Below are positions 29,422-39,981 of a stretch of DNA of 64,000 nucleotides, piece after piece. Position numbers and translations under genes: made by a program. The stretch lies in IMG/VR virus record IMGVR_UViG_3300005613_000020, positions 1-64,000 of that record. One strand, given 5' to 3'. Position 1 is the first letter of the stretch. Each line of letters begins with the position of its first letter. Source of the DNA: a virus. The notes below the pieces were generated by a model. That model ran no database searches. It was not told the DNA's origin and was given only the letters and a program-made list of their open reading frames with translations.

Positions 29422-29937
29422 TTAAAATACCTCCCAGTAAGTGTCTAGCTGTGGCTCAATCCACACAAGCTTATTACCAACAAATGCTATTCCCATAACA
29501 TGGCCTTCTCCACTATCATAACATGGAGTAGGAATGATCACATTCCCCTCTCCTAGCGCCTCTAGAGCCAATTGTCTAGTATAGTCTACGCAAGACTGAC
29601 TTTCTATATCATAGGGTTGCTCATCAACGCGAGAACCCTCCAGAAATGCTTCTAGTTCTTTGTCGCTTGAAAATGCGTTGACTCTTGCGGATATAAGGGT
29701 AGATAACATTATTACTATAACTAGAACAAACCCTATCACGGCCAAATGAGTAACAAATCCGTGATTTCTCCACCATATACTAGCCTCTTTTCTTACCCCA
29801 GAACGAAACTTTTCTGGTGATCCAACGTATTCGCATCCTACACAAATTGTAAAAGTCGTTTTTCCAGACGAAGAAGAAAGAGTAACCACTTCGTCTGATT
29901 CGCAATTCGGACACCTCTTTGTTTTCACTAATCTCAT
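29422..29937 (-). CDS. Zn ribbon + TM + transglutaminase/papain-like domain protein
   Basis: SCVDY...GHVM...WIEPQ triad-like motifs. Confidence 0.55.
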   Translation of the reverse strand: MRLVKTKRCPNCESDEVVTLSSSSGKTTFTICVGCEYVGSPEKFRSGVRKEASIWWRNHGFVTHLAVIGFVLVIVIMLSTLISARVNAFSSDKELEAFLEGSRVDEQPYDIESQSCVDYTRQLALEALGEGNVIIPTPCYDSGEGHVMGIAFVGNKLVWIEPQLDTYWEVF

Positions 29938-31210
29938 GATAGTATACTCCTAACATATGACAGAAATAAAGTTTTAGCTGTCTTTCTGCTGATTCGTGAG
30001 TTTCCCTTATCGACATTCCAGAATACATTCCGTCAAATAGCTCAACTTCATTGCATTCTTTCCATGAACTGTCGTCGTAGAAACTAAATCTCCAATGAGA
30101 AGGATCTCTACGATAGCAATACAATATCTTTACTCTTCCATCTACAGGATCTTCAAATGGTCGCTCTAGAATTGATTCATTCCCAAAATAATCAACCCAA
30201 CTTCCAGACCACTTGATCTGTCCGTTCCACTTCTTGATCTTCTCCACGAGACTCCTCCAGTAAATCCTCTATTTTTCCTGCAACATGAGCATAAGCATCT
30301 CCTCTACCCTTAGCAACTAGGCTCGCATCTCTATCTCCGTTGCTAGATGCTTGACTGCTATGCTGTATTGCCTTTGCCTGCATTCCTCGAAGTTCCCCCA
30401 CTATCTTAATTACCTTAGTCTTGTCCATTTAACACCTCCTCATCGAAAGTTTCAGCCTCTTTCATAACAGCATCCCATTGCTTCTTCCTTTTTGATTCAG
30501 CTATCTCCTCTACGAAGTTCCTTACATTGACTACATTCTCCCAACCTCTAACATAACTTTCCGCCTGTTGTAGCCATTTCTTCATATTCTCTGTCTTCAT
30601 AAAGGCTATTTCTTCTCCTAGCTGTATCGTACATCCACCAAGTTCTTCATAGAATTCTATTATTATTTCTCGTTCTTCCATAGCTTTTCCGTTATTGGCC
30701 TAAATACTCTAACTTGGCTAAGATCAGGTACACTACCATTATACGTATAGGAAATAAGAGTATTAAGTTTGGAATCAGATTTCTTCCTGTCAGGTTTCTT
30801 TGTTATCTGCTTACTCTCACCTTTATCTGGAAGTAGCCTAACCTTAAATACTTCTCCCTCCTGCACCCTCTTAACCCTAAAATCCTCTCCGTGGGTAACT
30901 GATACCACGTCCATGTCCTGGCCGTCTCCAACAATTTTGACCTTAGCATGTTCTCCATATGGAACAAACTTAACTCTTATTGCCATTACCATTCCTCCGG
31001 GTTATCGTTCAACGAACAAAAATTAGCGTATGCAGTACCTCCTGTTATTACGGTTTTATCCCCATATATTTGATATAGTAATGATCCGCACTTTTTACAG
31101 TATGCTTCCGATTTTGATGGACCCTTATGATTCCATCTAGACATTTCATGTCCCATTTCCCTACATTCTAATTTAGCTTGTCGTCTAGAATTATTAACAA
31201 AGGCACTCAT
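29780..31210 (-). CDS. five hypothetical ORFs
   Basis: Overlapping operonic ORFs in the track. Confidence 0.5.
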
Positions 31211-31704
31211 TTTATGTTCCTTTCTAGAAAAGTTTTTAGAAGAACAGGTCTATATCCCATATCCTCAAGAGAAAATAACCTATTCTGTTCGCTCTCCTTA
31301 TAATCTTTTCTTGTGTGTACGTGTCCATGAACGTTTACATCGTATCCCTCTGTCAACGGTATTACTGGAATATGTGTAAATAAGACTCTCTTTCCATAAA
31401 TGGTCCACGAAAACGAATCACAAACAAAGTCAAATCCAATCTCCATATACCTCTTATAGCTCTTTGAATCATGATTTCCTCTTACTAAGATCTTTCTTCC
31501 TTTCAGCCTACCTACAAAGTGGTCCCAAAGTCTACTACCGGCTAAACAGACATCTCCTAAATGGATTACTAGGTCTTCGTTGTCTACTAACTTGTTCCAG
31601 TTATCAACAATTAGCTCGTCAAACCCCTCTGGTCTGTGAGTATATTTAATCATATTTCGATGAGCAAAGTGGGTATCGCTAACTATAAATACTTTCATTT
31701 TCAA
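31207..31704 (-). CDS. calcineurin-like metallophosphoesterase
   Basis: SDTHF, HLGDV, GNHD, THIP, HGHVH. Confidence 0.92.
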   Translation of the reverse strand: MKMKVFIVSDTHFAHRNMIKYTHRPEGFDELIVDNWNKLVDNEDLVIHLGDVCLAGSRLWDHFVGRLKGRKILVRGNHDSKSYKRYMEIGFDFVCDSFSWTIYGKRVLFTHIPVIPLTEGYDVNVHGHVHTRKDYKESEQNRLFSLEDMGYRPVLLKTFLERNIK

Positions 31705-32183
31705 GATATCCTTGTGTTATGGATTTGGATTATCCTTACCTTTTGATTCATACGAGATCTGTATGTTTTCAACCACAGGAACAGGTTCTTCTTTGACTAT
31801 CTTTGTCATGTAAGTTCCAATTACCTTACGAGAATAGGGTTTCATTATTTTCGCTAAACAGTGCTGGCATTGATCACTTTGCCATGTAATACCATCTCCC
31901 CATTCATCCTCATCAGATCCATAACACCCGTGGTACTCAAAACAATAGAACGCCTGTATTTCAGCCCAATCTTCTACAGGGTAGTGATTACCACAAACGT
32001 CACAAGTAATCCCGGTAAGTTCTAGGCATTCTTCCTTTTTCTCTTTGTAATATCTCATTATACATCCTTTATCTTTTTCCTTTTAAACAATATTTCTTAT
32101 CTCCAAGATAGTTGATAAGACCAAGAATGCCATTGCTGATAATATTTTATCCATGTCTATTCCTCCATAACCTCTCCGTATGT

Positions 32184-32474
32184 TTAGCAAACATTACCTA
32201 ATATTTCAATCCACTGTGCACGCCATTTAGAGCCTGTTTTGTGTACTGCTGTCTTCTTTGTTTTTACCTTTACATATTCTACATTCCCGGAGAATTTTTT
32301 AGCGGCTTCTAGTGTGGGCCATAAATACCAACCTGGGTGACATTCGGTATCTGATGTACTGAAGACTTCCGCTCCATAGATTCTACCATTTACTAATATC
32401 CCCCCTGCTGCTGATGTAGTCCTAGTCCTATATCCTACTACATAACCATGTCCGATAGACTTAAATCCCCTACA
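32184..32474 (-). pseudogene. headless ORF (no in-frame ATG/GTG/TTG) resembling C-terminal domains of phage pentapeptide-repeat proteins
   Basis: 97 open codons: GYVVGYRT...FSTSDTECHPGWYLWPT...HKTGSKWR; abuts promoter copy D. Confidence 0.55.
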
Positions 32475-32480
32475 ATTAAT

Positions 32481-32517
32481 AGTATAGCATGGAAGTGTTA
32501 AAATTCATGGAAACAAA
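32481..32517 (-). promoter_or_regulatory. repeated 37-bp promoter motif, copy D
   Basis: TTTGTTTCCATGAATTTTAAC-N10-TATACT. Confidence 0.6.
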
Positions 32518-33428
32518 GTGTGAACATAGAATGAATATTAGTCAAAAGTTGGGTACGATAGTCTAATCGTCCCTTTTTCCACCTACTACATTGTGGATAA
32601 ATTTGTGCATCCATTTCTCAAGAATAAGAGCCCCAATAACGGACCAAAATAGTATTCCTATCTCTACCATCCAAAGATGTACATCTGTAAATCTGCCTGC
32701 TAAGAACCAGCCAGAATCACAGCATTGGTTTACTGAAATAAGAACTAGTGTGGTTAGAAATACACGTCGGAAGGTTGATGCATTCTCATGCTTTTCTTGG
32801 TCTTCTCTTACCTCGTCGATACTGCAAGAAGAGTATACATCTCCCACACAGGACCCTCCCACAGGTTTTGTCATATTAAATTCCTTTCTTTTCTTCGGTA
32901 GCGTCTGAAGTAACCCTTCTTAGGTTGTCCTATGCTTCTTACAGCTGGACCTATTTCTGTAGCTACTCTTCCTACCTATATTATACGGCTTTCCTCTTTT
33001 TGAGTCAAGCACGTCATAATCGTGACATGTCAGAACTATTGGATTACTTTCTAACAAAACAGCGCTATCAAATCCTAGCTCACATACATCACAGTCTTTT
33101 AAGTTCTTACACCAGCTGCAATCAAACGTATAGATGTAGTTGCAAACCTGGTGATATACGCTCATCCCCTGTACCCCGCTTTGTCAGAAATGCCATTGTA
33201 CGCCTTAACACAATGAGGGCACATCACATTACCCATCATCTCGATACTACCACTGTCAGCTCTGAAAAATACCCTAGCGTTGTCTTCTGTGATTCCACAA
33301 AGCGTTTTATACTTCTTCCCCTTAAATTGAATATGTACCTTACAGCTATCTAGTACAAGACAAAGACCGAAACGATAGTTAGTTACAAATACGTCTTCCA
33401 TACTATCTCCTCACTTAAGGGCCTGTCA

Positions 33429-33455
33429 GGGGGTAGAGATTGTAACTCTACCCCC
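33429..33455. terminator. GC-rich hairpin, probable terminator
   Basis: GGGGGTAGAG-7 nt-CTCTACCCCC perfect 10-bp stem, intergenic. Confidence 0.55.
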
Positions 33456-33486
33456 AGTTATATAACATTCCCTGAGTGGTACTCAG

Positions 33487-33648
33487 CTATTTTGTAGGAT
33501 CAATACTGAATGTATAGGTTTGTGGTACACAAGTCATGTCTTCCGTAGATCCACATTGAGGACAATTGAGATCCGTTCTAATATTGAATCCTTCTTTCAA
33601 CTCAAGTATTGCTCCACACGATTTACACTGATACACATGAATAGGCAT
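33487..33648 (-). CDS. FmdB-like zinc ribbon protein (53 aa, below track cutoff)
   Basis: MPIHVYQCKSCG...CPQCGS. Confidence 0.75.
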   Translation of the reverse strand: MPIHVYQCKSCGAILELKEGFNIRTDLNCPQCGSTEDMTCVPQTYTFSIDPTK

Positions 33649-33649
33649 A

Positions 33650-34144
33650 TTAGACCCTCATACCATTTATTTCAATATCGTATGTTCCTGGCTTCACATC
33701 GTTTGGAGCAACAACATCTAGGTAAAAATCTTCTGCTCTATTATCCGCCACGGTACATGTTACGCTCGTATCTGTGAACACTGACCCTGCGGGACCTGGT
33801 TCTCTCCACGATACGTCTAGATTCGATCCGTCTATCGCTCCCCCCGTATACGTTAGAGTGTACGTAAGACGGACTTCGATAGGGTTTGCATAATTGTTAT
33901 CCACCTCGAAACTAAATTCCATTACATCATTCGGAGAAATGTCTGTCAAAACGAAATCAGTTAGGGGTCCGTCACCTCGGTTCAAGTCTGTAATGACGAA
34001 GTTTGATTCGTCTACTACCATAGAACCGCTAGTGTTGAACGTGTTGTAACTAGCATAAGCTGCCGTTGTGAAGCACGCTAGAAACACCACTACAACTATG
34101 AGTGTGCTTATTGAGACCTTGTTGATATTGAACGATACTTGCAT
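33650..34144 (-). CDS. secreted/surface beta-sandwich protein
   Basis: N-terminal signal-like helix; Ig-like PGTYDIEI C-terminus. Confidence 0.55.
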   Translation of the reverse strand: MQVSFNINKVSISTLIVVVVFLACFTTAAYASYNTFNTSGSMVVDESNFVITDLNRGDGPLTDFVLTDISPNDVMEFSFEVDNNYANPIEVRLTYTLTYTGGAIDGSNLDVSWREPGPAGSVFTDTSVTCTVADNRAEDFYLDVVAPNDVKPGTYDIEINGMRV

Positions 34145-34317
34145 TTTCCTTTACTCCTCTTTTATTCCTTTACTTTTCCACATACAGCACATCGATATGC
34201 TTGTTTTCCTCCGACTCCAGGAGCCATTGGATTATGAACCCTGAGTCCTTGTCCATATCTCTTGTCCTGCCATGTATTCTTGCAGTCGCATCTCTTAATT
34301 GCCATATCTACTACTTA

Positions 34318-34852
34318 CTATCCCTCCCTTTCTTCTGCTTCTAAGTCAATCTGAATAGCCTTGAGTACTTCTTCTGCCTTGATGACTAATTCCGTCTTTC
34401 CCCACCTATTTTCTTCCGCACTAGAAATTGCCTTTCTAGCAGTTACCAAAAGGTTCTCCCATCTTGTTTCGTCTAAAGGTATTCGCTCTAGGACATGGCT
34501 ATTACCCGTATATATAACTAGATAGATTTTACCCTGTGATTTGTTGTATTCGAATCTAATATTCTTTTGATATCCGTCATAACAAGCCATCTTCTTTCCT
34601 ATTATTAATCCCCTTTTGGATGTCTAACAGTGTTTGCTCTGCCTTAAGAACCGTCTCACATTTACCCCAATTGGCTTGACGTGCCTTAAACTGAGCTATT
34701 TGGTGGGTCTTCTGAGCTTCGTCCCAACTAGTCTCGTCTAAATCAATAGAGTCTATTACTGTGTTGTGGGCTACATCGTATACCATAAGGGTAATAACCC
34801 TAGATATTGGATTATAGGCATAAGCAATGCGCCGTTTTGGTTTTCCTGTCAT
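34318..34852 (-). CDS. tandem paralogous hypothetical proteins (34577-34852, 34318-34590)
   Basis: Shared LDETxW...WGKxExVxKAExxL motif. Confidence 0.7.
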
Positions 34853-34858
34853 ACTTAT

Positions 34859-34887
34859 ATTATACTCTGTTTTACAAAAAAATGCAC
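34859..34887 (-). promoter_or_regulatory. sigma70-like promoter (TTTTGTAAAA class), probably leaderless
   Basis: GTGCAT-17-TATAAT-6 nt-ATG. Confidence 0.6.
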
Positions 34888-34890
34888 CTC

Positions 34891-35700
34891 TTACTTGGTG
34901 AGGTACTTCCAAGCTCTAGCCTTAACCATATTGCCAGAACCTAGCATTGAACCGTTTACTCTACTATCTGGTCTTTCTGGATGGTTGTAGGATTTATGAT
35001 GATCAACATACTCTACAACACCATTGTATGCAGCCCATCGACTACCCTTTATTGATTGATTATCTAGTCCGACACCATTCTCTATGACAGAAGCCATTTC
35101 CTCCATTTGATTCCTTGCTCTGGTTGAGATTAGATCAAAGCTCAGCTCTAATGGAACTCCTAGCGCTGCTTTGAGAAGAAGGGGAGTCTCCCCTGATGGA
35201 AGCTGTAGGGTAGAGAGTCTATCAGCAGTCTCCTTGAATTCCTCATACCAGTTATTAGTAAGTCCAAGAATCTCCTTAGCTACATCTATTCTAGCTAAAG
35301 CATTAGTTGTATGTCGAGTGTAGAATCTTTCTACTGTATCATTTGCTAGTGCCATTGCTAACGTGTTAGCACATACTACTCTAACAGGAGTAAAGAACAT
35401 CTGACAAGCAAGTGTTCCGTTATGTGAATTGGTAAGCAATAGGTACTTCTTGTGATCTTCCCCTGCGATTGTGATATCACCAGCATTCGCAAGGATAAAT
35501 ATTTGAGCCCCGTCTCTTAGAGCACCAACAACTTCGTAAACTGCCTTGCCTTCTCCTACAACAGCGTCGAAGAATCCAAAAGCATCCTTATTCTGGATTG
35601 GTTGATATCTCTTTCCCACGACTGTATAAACTCTTCTGTCTGTATCCCTTACTACTGCATATTGATCAGGAACTACAGTTCCGTCGGATACAAGTAGTAT
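34891..35700 (-). pseudogene. DUF932 (TIGR03299-like) protein lacking its N-terminus
   Basis: YLLLTNSHNG, TPVRVVCANTL, WAAYNGVVEYVDH; the frame is open upstream of 35619 without a start codon and abuts promoter copy C. Confidence 0.75.
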
Positions 35701-35732
35701 ACCATGACATGGTTAACATACAGGTTAACAAA
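35696..35732 (-). promoter_or_regulatory. repeated 37-bp promoter motif, copy C
   Basis: TTTGTTAACCTGTATGTTAAC-N10-TATACT. Confidence 0.65.
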
Positions 35733-36364
35733 TGGTGAATGGATAGTAAAAAATATAGCCTTTTCTGTGAAGAATTACAATTAATCCATAGTAACTCTAA
35801 GACCGGATTCCGTAAGTAGTTCTTTGAGAAGTGATCGGTACTCATTGAGAGCCTTAGAACGTTTAGCCCTCTCATTCTTATTTCTCGGCGTCTTGTCAAC
35901 CAGCTTCTCTAACTGACCGATCCTTCTCATCATTTCTCTATGTGTCATACGAATATCCCCCAATCAAGGGTTTCAATAAGCATCGGTAGGTTTATATATT
36001 CACCTGGTTCATATATGTGCTCTTCACCATCGGAAGTAACAGCAGATATTACTCCTGTTCCGGTCCAAGTTCTATTTACTGTTCCACGCTTAAAGTGTCC
36101 TTTACTTAGAAGCAGAACGTTTTGGTTTTCCTTCTTTTCTTGCTTTTTTGGCAATGTCATTTTCAGCGTTCTCCACGTTAGCTTCTCCAGCCTGCTTTTC
36201 GCGCTCTGCCTGTAGCATGGCTTTTACCTTCTGTTCTGTCGAGATCCTTGTAAGTAATTGAATAATTGCATCCACAGTAACGTTTTCGTTACAAGTATAC
36301 TCCGCACTTCCGCTTTCCTTGTCATAATACACTGAAAAAATCATATCTCTTCCCTCCCTATTAT

Positions 36365-38995
36365 TTACGTATACTTATTCATATCACTCGTATACCTATC
36401 TCCATCCTCGTCTTTATAGATTAATTCACAATCTTCAGAATCAGAATCCTCCCAAATTACAAGCTCTCCAGTACCAACCTGTCCGCTTGTGGGTCTACTA
36501 GATTGCCTGATATGTCTAATTTTGAACTTAGTATCGTAATAATGAAGATCAAAATCTGTTGCATCTACATAGCAATCTCCTGAATCAACTTGCAGCCACA
36601 TGTAATCCTCTGCATCAATCTTTACATAGCCGTTGCTTCCTATCAAAGTTAAGTTGTCATACGCTTCTATTTCTATATCCCCAGCTGTAGAATCAATAGT
36701 CATCAGGCCAGAGCAGTATTGCACAATGGTAGTACCGTGCATCTCCAATTCCCATCTAGCATAAAGGTCTATTGTTCCTCCTGTTCCACCTACCCAACCT
36801 ATAGATTGCAATAATAAATTGTCTTTTGCTTTCACCTCAACATCATCATATTCAGAATATACTTGGATTCTTCCTGAACTATACGGAGAGGCTGTAGTCG
36901 GACAAACTATATCGATATTTGCATCATCACGTCCATAAAGATATATCCCTCCGCTGCTTCCGTAAGCATCAAACCACAAATCCTTATCTGTCTCTCCCTT
37001 AAATCTAAGCTCACTAGCTGCTAATCCAGAGGTATATACGGAAGCTACTTTTGTGCTATCTTTGTAGAATTCTAGCCCTTCATCGTAACATCTAGCTTTT
37101 CCTGTGGAAGATATTAGTTCAAAGTATTTATCCGTAGCATTCTCGTAGCACTCAATTCCGCTAGAATCTAACTGTATTCTAGCTCCACCCGCAGTACCAC
37201 AAACAATGGTTGTAGCAAGAACTAGACTACTTTCCAGATGATCAGCTTCAATGTTTCCTGCCTTAATATGTTCAGCTAAGACCATATTGGCAGTCATGAT
37301 TATTGCGTTTAGTATGGGATGTTTACCGTTTGATGGCAATACAAGTGCTTGCTCTGTAGCTGAAGGGGCCTGTTCGCATACTGCTAGTAGTACATGATCT
37401 GTTCCAATTGCTACAGCAAAATCTGAAGTTTGGCTTATTGTTACCTGGTCTCCATCAACCTTGCCTGAAATGTCTGTATAGAAATACGAAATTGCAGTAG
37501 CTATAGCTGTTTCTCCATCCGATATCCAAAACTTGTCTCCGTCTGTAAAGACTATTGCATATCCGTCTCCTATTGTCCCATCTTGCCATTGAACAATATC
37601 GTTATTTGGTGCTCCAGTTCCTTTTATGTTAAATGTAAGCTGACATTGGTGAGGCTGAACAGCTTTATGAAGAACTCCTGTAGGAACCCCATCCGATCCG
37701 TAAGTATTGGCTATTTCTGTGATATCATCGGTAGTATCAACCATCTCCATAAATTTAGATGTAAGGTCTTGATTATCGCCGTCAAATCCGTAATCCTTCT
37801 CAACTAGAGAAATTGTTGATTGGAAACTCGGCTCAGAGTATATAATCTGAGTTACAATCATATCTGTGTTATCTACGCTAGAGATAAGAGGAGAACCGCC
37901 TTGCTGTAGATGTATATGCACTAAACTCCCAGCAGTAAGAAAATAATCTACTGCGGATTTAGTGTAGACTGGATATCCATTTACAGAAACCTTACCCTTC
38001 TGTGGAGCAGTTGTTTGTTCATATTGAGCAATCCATGAATCAGCAATTTCCTCTGCTTCGGTTGCATTTTGTGCCCCAGTTCCAGATAAATACTTGTGTC
38101 TCACAAATGCTATAGTATCTTCTAAGTCTCCTCCACCATCAGGGACCTTCTTTGAGAAGTCGTGATACATAGCGTCTTCTACGTATGGTACATGAACTTC
38201 TGTGAATATTTCTTTCTGGTAAGTGGGAAACTGGTATCCCCCAATCATAGGCTTTTTCTGATCTGTTTCAGTCTCATTAAAAGCTATTGTCATACCATTT
38301 GTAGCTGCATCTCCAGAAGAAGCGTCTAAGGATTCATCGCTACACTTAGACCCACAATACTTTGTTCGATAGTAATAAACAGCCTCAGCAACATTCCCAG
38401 CTATTTGAGTGCCATTATTTACACGAAATACCCATCCGTATTTACCGCTTGCTGGGGTTCTCTCATCTTCGTTAGCTAGCATGTTTATTGCCTTCAATGC
38501 AGCTGTGCGTTTGCTTTCAAAACTAGGTGCTCCTCCTATGCTAGTTGTAGAGGACTCAATTTTAGTTACTCTAACGTTCCCTGTTTTTCCTCCATATACA
38601 AAATCGTCGATTATCTCTTCTATTACATCGGATATATCCACAGCCCCAGATCCAAGATCAGCAGTATAATCTACATTGCAAGACTGTTCGCTCAACTCCA
38701 TGGACATATCAAAACATTCAATTTCGATAATCTGACCAAGGGTGTCATCATGCTTGGGGTTAACGTATTGAATACGACCGAAGAAGAGGATTTCTTCAGT
38801 CTGTCGTTCGGTTAGACGAACGAAATACATTTCCTTATAACCAACTGTATCCTGACGTGTATTCCACGGATCACTTATCTTTACAGTTAGCTGTCTTGGA
38901 GCATCAATAGGATCTCTATACTCAAGACCTATTATGTTGGTTTCTTCGTTCCAACTACCGTCGTAATATTCGAAGCGCGAAATAGGCAGTGACAT
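36365..38995 (-). CDS. tail tip/baseplate hub protein with beta-rich C-terminal spike
   Basis: Position after the TMP and Dit-like genes; FFGRI hub-like motif; IKAGNIEADHL repeat. Confidence 0.7.
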   Translation of the reverse strand: MSLPISRFEYYDGSWNEETNIIGLEYRDPIDAPRQLTVKISDPWNTRQDTVGYKEMYFVRLTERQTEEILFFGRIQYVNPKHDDTLGQIIEIECFDMSMELSEQSCNVDYTADLGSGAVDISDVIEEIIDDFVYGGKTGNVRVTKIESSTTSIGGAPSFESKRTAALKAINMLANEDERTPASGKYGWVFRVNNGTQIAGNVAEAVYYYRTKYCGSKCSDESLDASSGDAATNGMTIAFNETETDQKKPMIGGYQFPTYQKEIFTEVHVPYVEDAMYHDFSKKVPDGGGDLEDTIAFVRHKYLSGTGAQNATEAEEIADSWIAQYEQTTAPQKGKVSVNGYPVYTKSAVDYFLTAGSLVHIHLQQGGSPLISSVDNTDMIVTQIIYSEPSFQSTISLVEKDYGFDGDNQDLTSKFMEMVDTTDDITEIANTYGSDGVPTGVLHKAVQPHQCQLTFNIKGTGAPNNDIVQWQDGTIGDGYAIVFTDGDKFWISDGETAIATAISYFYTDISGKVDGDQVTISQTSDFAVAIGTDHVLLAVCEQAPSATEQALVLPSNGKHPILNAIIMTANMVLAEHIKAGNIEADHLESSLVLATTIVCGTAGGARIQLDSSGIECYENATDKYFELISSTGKARCYDEGLEFYKDSTKVASVYTSGLAASELRFKGETDKDLWFDAYGSSGGIYLYGRDDANIDIVCPTTASPYSSGRIQVYSEYDDVEVKAKDNLLLQSIGWVGGTGGTIDLYARWELEMHGTTIVQYCSGLMTIDSTAGDIEIEAYDNLTLIGSNGYVKIDAEDYMWLQVDSGDCYVDATDFDLHYYDTKFKIRHIRQSSRPTSGQVGTGELVIWEDSDSEDCELIYKDEDGDRYTSDMNKYT

Positions 38996-39507
38996 TACTC
39001 TAAACTCCCGCTATGTAGTAACATATGGCATGATCTACACATCGTTACTAAATTATCTGTTTCTGAATTTAGCTTATTTCCATCTATGTGGTGAGCTACA
39101 ATATATCTGTTCCAACCGCACAAAACACACTCAAATCCATCTCTCTCATAGACTTCTCTTTTAAGCTGCTTTGTAAATGTGTCCTTATAAGGATTCTTTG
39201 ATATTCCGCCTTGCCAATTTGAATTCCTATTTCCCTTATGTGTTTCAGAAAGCCTTTTTCTAACTTCTGGTGTGTGAGTCTTTCCTAACATACCTCTTGG
39301 ATGACCGTGCTCTTTCCAGTATTTAGATACCCTCTTTTTGAATGTTTCGGGATCAGCTACTTTCCTGTTCTTATATCCGCAAGCTTTACTGCAACATACG
39401 TTTCTTTTCCACTTTCGGCATACAAAAACCTTAGCACATATAGGGCAAATTCTAGCTTCTGTAGGATGTGCTCTCTTCTTATTAGCTATGGTTCTACCAT
39501 CTACCAT
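38995..39507 (-). CDS. free-standing HNH homing endonuclease with NUMOD3-like motif
   Basis: GKTHTPEVRKRLS, NWQGG, RDGFECVLCG, HHIDGNKLN...NLVTMCRSCH. Confidence 0.9.
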   Translation of the reverse strand: MVDGRTIANKKRAHPTEARICPICAKVFVCRKWKRNVCCSKACGYKNRKVADPETFKKRVSKYWKEHGHPRGMLGKTHTPEVRKRLSETHKGNRNSNWQGGISKNPYKDTFTKQLKREVYERDGFECVLCGWNRYIVAHHIDGNKLNSETDNLVTMCRSCHMLLHSGSLE

Positions 39508-39519
39508 TGCTCTCCTACA

Positions 39520-39981
39520 CTATGTCCACGTTGTATCTGAATGCCAAGATCCGCTGTAATACGTATACGCTTTCTGGACAGTAAGCTCTAAGGTAAAATT
39601 ACAGTGCTCATGAAATGGCTGGCGCTTTATATCTGCTCTAGAAATCTTGCCTTCTATATAGTTAACGTCGTCTAGATACAAGTAAATAGTCTCATCCCAC
39701 CAATTCTTAAACTTAAGTACATCAATCCTATCAGCAATATACCCAGTACCTAAATGACCTGTATATGTAGTCGTATCTCTATCGAAATCACATACACCTA
39801 CAAACTGGAATAACTGTATTGTTCTCCCCATATCTAGCTGAAAGACTTCTCCACCAGGGAGAGCAGTATTAATTACAGGCCTAGATTGTCCCCAAGTATA
39901 GTCCTCCGCTTTAAGGTAATACCTTTCTGGAGTACCTGTTGGATCTTTTACAAGGCATACGCTAAGATCAGTATTGGCCAA
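39520..39981 (-). CDS. distal tail-like protein
   Basis: Position immediately after TMP; size. Confidence 0.5.
   Translation of the reverse strand: MANTDLSVCLVKDPTGTPERYYLKAEDYTWGQSRPVINTALPGGEVFQLDMGRTIQLFQFVGVCDFDRDTTTYTGHLGTGYIADRIDVLKFKNWWDETIYLYLDDVNYIEGKISRADIKRQPFHEHCNFTLELTVQKAYTYYSGSWHSDTTWT

Noticed and set aside
35701-35712. PCHG as a remnant of the DUF932 PWHG motif
   Set aside because: These bases belong to the repeated promoter motif, so the resemblance is probably coincidental.
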